A stretch of 32,000 nucleotides of DNA from an uncultured Chloroflexia bacterium (lineage in GTDB: Bacteria; Chloroflexota; Ktedonobacteria; Ktedonobacterales; JADMIN01). Of the stretch, positions 1-9,874 are shown piece after piece. The notes beneath the pieces are model-generated. The model searched no databases, was not told the origin of the DNA, and was given only the letters and a program-made list of their open reading frames with translations. The stretch lies in the NCBI GenBank assembly GCA_963718915.1, contig CAVRAI010000004.1, forward strand, positions 780,001 to 812,000. Reading direction: 5' to 3'. A program made the translations under genes and the position numbers. Every line of letters starts with the position of its first letter. Position 1 is the stretch's first letter.

Positions 1-1
1 C

Positions 2-1765
2 GGTGGGATTCGCCGCGCGCAGCCAGACAAGGCTGAGGTTGCCGCGGTTCTCGATGAGATCGGTACGCTACTGGAGCTAGATGGTGGCAACCCATTCGAG
101 TCGCGCGCCTACCAGAACGCGGCACGCGCGCTCAACAATGCTGAGGGCGATATCACCGAGATGGTGCAGAGCGGAGCGCTGGCAAAGCTCCCTGGTATGG
201 GCAAGACGCTGGTGGCGCGTATCACCGAATATATCACTACGGGCAGGCTCGCGCTCTACGATGAACTGCTCGAACGTGTGCCTATTGGCTTGCGTCAGAT
301 GACGCGGATTCCCGGACTTGGGCCGAAGCGTATACGTCAGATTTACGAATCACTTGGTGTCAGCACCCTCGATGATCTGAAGGCTGCCGCTGAGGCTGGC
401 ACGATTGCGACGCTACCGGGCTTTGGCGCGAAGAGCCAGGAGAATATCCTCAAAGGACTGGAGTTCCTGGCAAGCCATCAGGATCGCACACTCTATCCAG
501 TGGCCCAGGCCCAGGCCCAGGCAATCGCCGCGATCCTGCGCGCGTTACCGCAGATCGTGCGCATGGAGGTTGCTGGGAGCATCCGCCGCCACAAGGAGGT
601 TGTGGGGGACATTGATATCGTGGGCAGTGTCGCGCGGCTCGAAGACCGGCAACCAGTAATGGATACGCTCCTGGCGCATCCGCTGGTGGCGTCGGTCACG
701 GGTAGCGGTGAGACCAAGACGAGCGTCGTGCTTCGCTCGGGTATCGCGCTCGATTTGCGGCTTGTCGGTGATGACGAGTTTCCCTACCTTCTGCACCACT
801 TTACCGGATCGAAGGAGCATAATGTTGCGCTCCGCAGCCGTGCCCACGCCCAGGGCATCAAGATCAACGAGTATGGCATCTTCCGCGATGACCAGTTGAT
901 TCCGTGCGCGAACGAGCACGAGTTCTATGCGGCCTTTGGGATGGCATACATCGAGCCGGAAATGCGCGAAGAGCGTGGCGAGATTGAGGCGGCGCTCAAA
1001 GGCAACCTGCCACATCTGGTGGAAGAGACCGACCTACAGGGCATTTTGCATGTCCACAGCACCTGGAGCGACGGCAAGGCATCCATTCGCGAGATGGCTG
1101 ATGCGACGATTGCGCTGGGCAAAGAGTACCTTGGCATGTGCGACCATAGCAAATTTGCCGCCTATGCTGGGGGGCTTGATGCCGATGCGGTGCGCCGTCA
1201 GCAGGCGGAGATCGATGCCCTCAACCAGGAGTTCGCGGGTCGGCTGCGCATTCTCAAAGGCACTGAATGCGATATCCTGCGCGATGGCTCGCTGGACTAC
1301 GATGATGAGACCCTGGCAACCTTCGATTTCGTCGTCGCCTCGATCCACAGCAACTTCAATCTCTCGCCTGACGATCAGACGCAGCGGCTGATTCGCGCGA
1401 TGGAAAACCCCTATTGCTCGATTCTCGGGCATCCGACGGGCCGGATTCTGCTGCGGCGCGACGGCTATGCGCCCGACCTGGAGCGTGTTATCGCGCGTGC
1501 GGGTGAGTTGGGCGTGGCCATCGAGCTGAACGCCGATCCCAATCGCTTTGACCTCGACTGGCGCTGGCATCGCTTCGCCACCGAGCGCGGCGTGCGCATA
1601 CCCATCTGCCCCGATGCGCATACACCCGATGGCCTGAAGAACATCCACTTTGGCATAGGGATCGCGCGGAAGGGCTGGCTGACCGCGAGCGATGTGCTCA
1701 ATACGCTGGCGGTTGACGATCTCCTGGTTTTTTTCGCCGAGCAGCGGCGGCGTAAAGGGGCCTGA
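2..1765 (+). CDS. polX: DNA polymerase X family protein with C-terminal PHP domain (5' end at or beyond window edge)
   Basis: ORF track gives 161..1765. The same frame stays open back to nt 2 and reads ...AEVAAVLDEIGTLLELDGGNPFESRAYQNAARAL, a typical PolX N-terminal helix-hairpin-helix region. Pol-beta-type motif GSIRRHKEVVGDIDIV. PHP motifs LHVHSTWSDG and MCDHS. Confidence 0.9.
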   Translation, partial: GGIRRAQPDKAEVAAVLDEIGTLLELDGGNPFESRAYQNAARALNNAEGDITEMVQSGALAKLPGMGKTLVARITEYITTGRLALYDELLERVPIGLRQMTRIPGLGPKRIRQIYESLGVSTLDDLKAAAEAGTIATLPGFGAKSQENILKGLEFLASHQDRTLYPVAQAQAQAIAAILRALPQIVRMEVAGSIRRHKEVVGDIDIVGSVARLEDRQPVMDTLLAHPLVASVTGSGETKTSVVLRSGIALDLRLVGDDEFPYLLHHFTGSKEHNVALRSRAHAQGIKINEYGIFRDDQLIPCANEHEFYAAFGMAYIEPEMREERGEIEAALKGNLPHLVEETDLQGILHVHSTWSDGKASIREMADATIALGKEYLGMCDHSKFAAYAGGLDADAVRRQQAEIDALNQEFAGRLRILKGTECDILRDGSLDYDDETLATFDFVVASIHSNFNLSPDDQTQRLIRAMENPYCSILGHPTGRILLRRDGYAPDLERVIARAGELGVAIELNADPNRFDLDWRWHRFATERGVRIPICPDAHTPDGLKNIHFGIGIARKGWLTASDVLNTLAVDDLLVFFAEQRRRKGA

Positions 1766-1827
1766 GAGCGTCGCGAAAAGTGTTCGCCACTACATGGCGT
1801 AGTGATGATGTCATGAAGGGACAGTGC

Positions 1828-2940
1828 ATGGATCCGCGAATCTCGCGTTGGGCAAAGACGCTGGTGAACTATTGCCTCGAAGTCAAACCTGGGGAGGTTG
1901 TGCAGATTGCCGCGACATCGGCTGCCGAGCCGCTCATCGCGGAGGTCTATCGTGAAGTCTTGCGGGCGGGCGGGCATCCAGTATCCTCGATTCGCCTTCC
2001 GCAACTAACTGAAACACTGCTTCGTGAGGGCAATGATGACCAGTTGTCCTGGATTAACCCCGCCGACCGTGTGATGACAGAGCAGGTGGACTGTTTTCTC
2101 AATATCTCCAGCGAGACGAACACGCGACAACTTGCCGCGGTCGATCCGGCGCGGCAGGCGATTGCGCAGCGCTCTCAGCGCGATCTCCTCCGTCTGCGTC
2201 AGAATCGGCCCAACGAGGCGCGCTGGTGCCTGACCCTTTACCCGACCGCAGCCTACGCGCAGGATGCCGATATGTCGCTGGCGGACTTCACGGAGTTCGT
2301 CTACGAGGCGTGCTTCCTGAACAGTGAAGATCCCGCTGCGCGCTGGAAAGAGCTTGGAGCGCGCCAACAGTTCTATGTGGATTGGCTGGCCGACAAGCAG
2401 AACGTCCATATCATCGGACCGGGCACGGATCTACGGCTCTCGATTGCGGGGCGCATCTTCCGCAATAGTGATGGCAAGCGTAACTTCCCCAGCGGCGAGT
2501 TCTTCACCGGGCCGGTTGAAGATTCGGCGGAGGGCTATATCCGCTACACAGTGCCTAGCAATGTCAACGGGCGTGGTGTCCAAGATATTCGCCTGCGCTT
2601 TGAGGCGGGGCGCGTGATCGAGGCGAGTGCGGCACAAGGGCAGACGTTCCTCGATCAAATGCTTGAGATGGATGAGGGCGCGCGCTATCTGGGTGAGTTC
2701 GCCTTTGGCAACAACTTTGGCATCCAGCGTCCGACCCGCAACATCCTCTTCGATGAGAAGATTGGTGGCACGGTGCATCTGGCGCTTGGCAACAGCTATC
2801 CAGAGACAGGCGGGAAGAATGTCTCTGCCCTGCACTGGGATATGATCTGTGACCTCCGGCCAGCGGCGGGCGGGGGCGAGGTCTATGTGGATGACATTCT
2901 GGTGCTAAAGGATGGCAAACTCGTCCTCCAGCCAGACTAG
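1828..2940 (+). CDS. M29-family (AmpS/PepS-type) aminopeptidase
   Basis: Translation MDPRISRWAKTLVNYCLEVKPGEVV... and C-terminal ...GGTVHLALGNSY...HWDMI match the thermophilic metalloaminopeptidase family. ATG at 1828 is preceded by GAAGGGA 7 nt upstream. ORF track start 1780 is a likely over-extension. Confidence 0.85.
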   Translation: MDPRISRWAKTLVNYCLEVKPGEVVQIAATSAAEPLIAEVYREVLRAGGHPVSSIRLPQLTETLLREGNDDQLSWINPADRVMTEQVDCFLNISSETNTRQLAAVDPARQAIAQRSQRDLLRLRQNRPNEARWCLTLYPTAAYAQDADMSLADFTEFVYEACFLNSEDPAARWKELGARQQFYVDWLADKQNVHIIGPGTDLRLSIAGRIFRNSDGKRNFPSGEFFTGPVEDSAEGYIRYTVPSNVNGRGVQDIRLRFEAGRVIEASAAQGQTFLDQMLEMDEGARYLGEFAFGNNFGIQRPTRNILFDEKIGGTVHLALGNSYPETGGKNVSALHWDMICDLRPAAGGGEVYVDDILVLKDGKLVLQPD

Positions 2941-2947
2941 CGCCTGG

Positions 2948-4087
2948 TTATAGCGCGCCAGCCGACCGCAAGATATCGCCGACGACGGCGCCCGCGGTCA
3001 CGGCGACACCCGCGCCTTGGCCAGCGATGACCAGTGGATGCTGCGTATAGCGCTCGGTGCGCAGCACAAAGATGTTTTCCGGGCCATGTCCTCGCGCGAG
3101 GGGATCGTTCTGGTCTACCTCGCTCAGGTCGGCACGCAAGTGGCCCTGTGCATCCATTCCGCCAACATAGCGGAGGACGCGGCCAGATGCGTGCGCTGTG
3201 GTGAAACGGTCGCGCAGGTGTTCGCGCCAGGATGGCAACTCAGCCAGAAACGCCTCGCGCGAAAGTGACGCCGCGCCAGCTGGTATCAGGCTTTCGACCT
3301 CGATGTCCGCTAACTCAGCGGGATACCCGGCGAGACGAGCGAGAATCAACAGTTTGCGCGCGACATCGCGGCCGGAGAGGTCTACACGAGGGTCTGGCTC
3401 GCAGTATCCCGCCGCGATAGCGTTCTCGAGCGCGTCGGGGAAGTTCGCACCCTGGGACATGTCAGAGCAAAGCTGTGCTAGCGAACCGCTGGCCACCGCG
3501 TGCAGCTCGACGACGGAGTCGCCGCTGGCCTTCGCCGCAGCCACCGCGCCCGTAATTGGCAGCCCCGCGCCAACGGTTGCGCTGAGGTGGAGCGATCCCA
3601 CCTGCCCCTCACCCTGGAGCGCGCGAAACTGTGCGTACGGCCCGGTCAGCGGATCCTTGTTGCAGAGCACGATATGCGCGCCAGCTGCCCGCGCCGCTAG
3701 CAATATATCGGTCGTGCTGTGGCCCACCGCGCAATCCACCACGATAAGCTGGTCAGGTCTCCCGCTGGCCTGGATCGCCTGCTCCAGCGCCTCCTGCCAG
3801 CCTCCTACCTGGCGACTATTCGGCAGCATGCTCAGTGATCGCCCGCTCGTATGCGCCTCAGCTATGCTGGCGAGCGTCTCAAGTGGGAGCAGGCGCTCGT
3901 TTTGGTTCGGAACGACGAAGCCACGTGAATCGGCAAGCGCGAAGTAATTGATCCCCTGGCCGAACTGCTGCTGCCAGCCACGAGCGAGCCGCTGCACTAA
4001 GGAGACAACAGCTGCTCCTACCTGGCCTATCCCAAGTTGAACCAGCAGCCAGTCGGATGGTTTGTCCGACTCGACCTTAGAAGGCAT
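2948..4087 (-). CDS. hom: Homoserine dehydrogenase, ThrA-type catalytic domain, stand-alone
   Basis: GIGQVGAAVV NAD-binding start. EPDPRVDLSGRDVARKLLILARLAG and C-terminal VLRYVGG...LVIAGQGAGVAVTAGAVVGDILR are collinear with the HSD half of E. coli ThrA. ATG at 4087 overlaps the upstream kinase stop by 11 nt. The longer track ORF (to 4324) is an alternate frame of the kinase gene. Confidence 0.85.
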   Translation of the reverse strand: MPSKVESDKPSDWLLVQLGIGQVGAAVVSLVQRLARGWQQQFGQGINYFALADSRGFVVPNQNERLLPLETLASIAEAHTSGRSLSMLPNSRQVGGWQEALEQAIQASGRPDQLIVVDCAVGHSTTDILLAARAAGAHIVLCNKDPLTGPYAQFRALQGEGQVGSLHLSATVGAGLPITGAVAAAKASGDSVVELHAVASGSLAQLCSDMSQGANFPDALENAIAAGYCEPDPRVDLSGRDVARKLLILARLAGYPAELADIEVESLIPAGAASLSREAFLAELPSWREHLRDRFTTAHASGRVLRYVGGMDAQGHLRADLSEVDQNDPLARGHGPENIFVLRTERYTQHPLVIAGQGAGVAVTAGAVVGDILRSAGAL

Positions 4088-5090
4088 CGGGCCGCCCAAC
4101 CTTTCGCTGCGTTCCCGCCAACGCAAGCGAGGCGAATAATGCCGCCAATGGCGCCGCATCCATCCGAGGAGGTGGCGTAGAAGAAATGCCGATGTCGGTG
4201 CCCGGCGCGTCGGGGGCGAGCGCACTGCGCAGGTGGAGCGGGATGCCGCGCTGGGCCAGCGGGGGCAGGGTTGCGGGATGGAGCACGCGCGCGCCACGAG
4301 TGGCGATGGAGGCGGCTTCATCATAGGTCAGCGAGGTCAGCAGCCGTGCGCCAGGTACGATGCGCGGATCAGCGGTGAAGATGCCCGCGACATCGCTGTA
4401 GATGTAAACGGCACGCGCGTTGAGCGCCGCTGCGATGATGGCCGCGGAGTGATCTGAGCCGTTGCGACCGAGCGTCGTGTAGGCGCCATCCTGCGTCAGC
4501 GCGAGGTAACCCGGCAGCACCGGCGTCTTGCCACATCGCATGAGGTTTGTGATCGGATCGCGAAGCCATAGCGTTGTCGCCGCAACCGAGGCGCTCCAGC
4601 GCGGAGCTGTACACCGGATATTGTGATCGACGATAACCGGAGCATCCTCGAACGGAGTTGACTCCATCTCAGCATGGGCCAGGGCCGCCGCGAACAGACG
4701 CACGGCGAGCCGCTCGCCCCAGGCGGAGAAGACCGCGATGGCTTCCTCACGCTCGTATCCATCAGGCGTGGCTGCAAGCTTTGTCACGTCTGATTCCAGC
4801 ATGCGCCAGAGCGGAGCAAGCGCAAAGTTCTCGATATCGTCTCCAGCCGGGGCCAATGACGCCAGTGTTTGTTCGTGCTGAGCGCGCAGCGAGGCGTATA
4901 CTGCGCGCCAGTTGGATGCGCCTCGTGCTGCGAGACTGGCAATCGCAAAGAGTTGGTCGGTCACGCCAGCCATCGCCGAGACGACACAGACCGCCTGTTC
5001 GGCGCGGTTGTGCTGGGCTACGATACGCGCGGCGACAAGCATACGTTCTGGTCCAGCCAATGAGCTTCCGCCGAACTTGACGACGATCAT
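4077..5090 (-). CDS. ask: Aspartate kinase, catalytic domain only (no room for ACT regulatory domains)
   Basis: MIVVKFGGSS start, LGRNGSDHSAA, DVAGIFTADPRIVPGARLL, GARVLHP motifs of the amino-acid kinase fold, collinear with ThrA residues 1 to about 310. The protein ends 35 aa after GTDIG. ATGA overlap with the asd stop at 5087-5090. Confidence 0.85.
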   Translation of the reverse strand: MIVVKFGGSSLAGPERMLVAARIVAQHNRAEQAVCVVSAMAGVTDQLFAIASLAARGASNWRAVYASLRAQHEQTLASLAPAGDDIENFALAPLWRMLESDVTKLAATPDGYEREEAIAVFSAWGERLAVRLFAAALAHAEMESTPFEDAPVIVDHNIRCTAPRWSASVAATTLWLRDPITNLMRCGKTPVLPGYLALTQDGAYTTLGRNGSDHSAAIIAAALNARAVYIYSDVAGIFTADPRIVPGARLLTSLTYDEAASIATRGARVLHPATLPPLAQRGIPLHLRSALAPDAPGTDIGISSTPPPRMDAAPLAALFASLALAGTQRKVGRPDAF

Positions 5091-6187
5091 GCGCTCCTCC
5101 CCAATGCTCCCAGCAGTCCGCGCGTATAGGCCAATTCCGCGTTGAGCAGCGCAGCGCCCGCTGCCCCTCGGATGGTGTTATGGCTCAGGCAGACGAACCG
5201 ATAGTCGAGTACTGCACAGCGTCGCAGCCGACCGAGCGTCACGCCCATGCCACCCTCGGCGTCGCGGTCGTAGCGCGGCTGGGGGCGATCTGGCGCATCA
5301 AGATAGCGCAAAACCCGCTGAGGCGCTGTTGGCAGCCCTGGCGTCTGTAGTAGCCCGGAAAACGCTTGCCAGGCGGCAAGAATTTCCTCGGGCTGCGGCG
5401 CCTGCGCAAACTTGACGCTGACGCACGCCAGATGACCCTCGCGAACTGGAACGCGGGTTGTCTGCGCGCTCAGGCGGATGGGCGCATCGGTGAACGCGCC
5501 GTCCTGCCAGACGCCGAGAATCTTGCGCGTCTCCGTCTCGATCTTCTCCTCCTCGCCCGCGATGAACGGGATGACGTTGTCGATCAGGTCGAGTGAGGAA
5601 ACACCGGGATAGCCAGCGCCCGAGGCTGCTTGAAGTGTTGTCACCATCACCTGCTCTATGCCGAAGGGCAGCAGTGGCGCGAGCGCTAGCGCCAGGCCAA
5701 TCGTCGAGCAGTTGGGGTTGGTGACCAGCGCACCGGGCCACTGGCGCGATGCTCGCTGTTGCGCGAGCGCGGAGAGATGCTCGGGATTGATCTCAGGGAT
5801 CACCAGCGGCACATCCGGCTGCATGCGGAATGCCGAGGCGTTGCTGGAGACGAACGCGCCCGCACGGGCAAACGCTGGCTCGATAGCTTCTGCCTCCAGG
5901 GCGGGCAGGGCCGAGAAGACGAGCATCGCTGGCGGGCAGTCGTCGGGTGTGGGGCGCGACAGCCGGAGCGCGGCTGCCTCGGGTGGCGCATCGCCCTCGA
6001 TCCGCCACTGAACGACCTCGCCATACATCCGTCCCGCGTGGCGCTTTGAGGCGGCTACTCCAGCCAAGCGGAACCAGGGATGCCGGGCCAGCATCGCGAC
6101 GAGCCGCTGGCCCACGAGTCCGGTCGCTCCCAGCACAAGCGCTGGTATTCGTTCCGCTGGGGTCTCACATGTTTTGCTGTCTGTCAT
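5087..6187 (-). CDS. asd: Aspartate-semialdehyde dehydrogenase
   Basis: LGATGLVGQR NAD(P)-binding start, active-site region NPNCSTIGL, C-terminal SHNTIRGAAG. RBS-like AAGGGA upstream of ATG 6187. Confidence 0.85.
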   Translation of the reverse strand: MTDSKTCETPAERIPALVLGATGLVGQRLVAMLARHPWFRLAGVAASKRHAGRMYGEVVQWRIEGDAPPEAAALRLSRPTPDDCPPAMLVFSALPALEAEAIEPAFARAGAFVSSNASAFRMQPDVPLVIPEINPEHLSALAQQRASRQWPGALVTNPNCSTIGLALALAPLLPFGIEQVMVTTLQAASGAGYPGVSSLDLIDNVIPFIAGEEEKIETETRKILGVWQDGAFTDAPIRLSAQTTRVPVREGHLACVSVKFAQAPQPEEILAAWQAFSGLLQTPGLPTAPQRVLRYLDAPDRPQPRYDRDAEGGMGVTLGRLRRCAVLDYRFVCLSHNTIRGAAGAALLNAELAYTRGLLGALGRSA

Positions 6188-6241
6188 GAGGAATCCCTTT
6201 GCAGAGATAGTGTGAATGAGGCCAACGCTTATGTTGCCCGA

Positions 6242-6264
6242 CCTCTCCCCCCAGTCGGGAGAGG
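6242..6264 (+). repeat. GC-rich hairpin repeat, short copy (CCTCTCCC / GGGAGAGG)
   Basis: CCTCTCCC (6242-6249), 7-nt loop, GGGAGAGG (6257-6264), followed by GGCCG. It sits in the 102-nt gap between the metY stop and the asd start. No U-tract on either strand. Confidence 0.6.
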
Positions 6265-6289
6265 GGCCGAAGTAGCGCCACTGGCAGGT

Positions 6290-9149
<2,860 letters not shown>

Positions 9150-9321
9150 AACATATAGCAATCGATTTGGTGTGCCAGTTCGATGCGCTGCTCTGAGGAG
9201 CATGCCTATTGGGCAAGACGACGCCGAATTTTCAGCGGCTACGGCTCTCTGTCGCCGTCTTAGGTCCACAGACTCTCCGCATACTCGCTCTCCTGGCGAG
9301 GGCAGCGACGGGACACGACAT

Positions 9322-9349
9322 CGCCCTCTCCGGGGAAATGGAGAGGGCG
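9322..9349 (+). repeat. GC-rich hairpin repeat copy (CGCCCTCTCC / GGAGAGGGCG)
   Basis: Perfect 10-bp inverted repeat with the 8-nt loop GGGGAAAT, in a non-coding region. Confidence 0.6.
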
Positions 9350-9616
9350 GCAACAGGCGTGACGGGCACGCGGTATTTCCATCCCTCTCATCTCGCGGAA
9401 TCAACTGTTCCGCCGGAGTTTGCACCCTTCCCCGCGGCAATGCGGGTGGGTTGCCAGGCGTCAACGGGCCGTTTTCCCTCAGCCACTCTTGATGAGAGCG
9501 AACGCAACATATTTGGTTGTTGGGGAGATTGTATCTAACCGACGAGGCGTATGTCAAGGCTAATGTCACGTTCTCCGCTCAACTTACTTAACTTCACCGC
9601 GTGCGCCATGAGCCGC

Positions 9617-9646
9617 TTGCGAAAAGAAGAACATATATTCTATAAT
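9617..9646 (+). promoter_or_regulatory. Candidate sigma70-type promoter upstream of the PrimPol-helicase gene
   Basis: TTGCGA (9617-9622), 18-nt AT-rich spacer, perfect TATAAT (9641-9646), inside a locally AT-rich patch of otherwise GC-rich DNA. About 200 nt upstream of ATG 9853. Confidence 0.35.
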
Positions 9647-9747
9647 GATTGTCGTACTTGATGAGCTGGTCAGCCTGAATACGGCGCCACGCTATCCCGT
9701 TGCCGATTGCGCGCGGGGTGGCGGAGCGCCGTTTTTTCGTGGGATGA

Positions 9748-9771
9748 CGGTTCTCTCCCCTACCCCTCCCG
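9748..9771 (-). repeat. Partial copy (3' half) of the GC-rich hairpin repeat family
   Basis: Minus strand reads CGGGAGGGGTAGGGGAGAGAACCG. Compare GGGGAGGGGCTGGGGGAGAGGGCCG at 10360-10384. Confidence 0.5.
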
Positions 9772-9845
9772 ATTGCGCGCCGGATAAGGATATTCGCGTG
9801 GCGGTCGGGCGACGGCAAGCACGTGGCAGGTGGGTAAAGGAGGAG

Positions 9846-9874
9846 GACGACGATGGGGACGACGATGGGGACGG
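9846..9874 (+). repeat. 12-nt tandem repeat GACGACGATGGG, 2.4 copies, spanning the PrimPol start codon
   Basis: GACGACGATGGG at 9846-9857 and 9858-9869, then GACGG. This creates two in-frame ATGs (9853, 9865), read as MGTTMGT. Confidence 0.8.

Noticed and set aside
505-522. GCCCAG x3 hexamer repeat in polX (AQAQAQA)
   Set aside because: It is a short in-frame low-complexity linker inside a well-supported CDS, with no independent signal.
4088-4324. N-terminal 79 aa of the 458-aa track ORF upstream of hom
   Set aside because: It is an alternate frame of the aspartate kinase 3' end, with Arg/Pro/Ser-rich nonsense composition. HSD homology starts at the ATG at 4087.
9200-9850. tRNA gene or att site and integrase marking a mobile-element boundary
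   Set aside because: I found no T-loop-like GGTTCRANTCC or cloverleaf by eye, no integrase ORF, and no long direct repeat pair. Only the short 12-nt arrays remain, reported separately at low weight.
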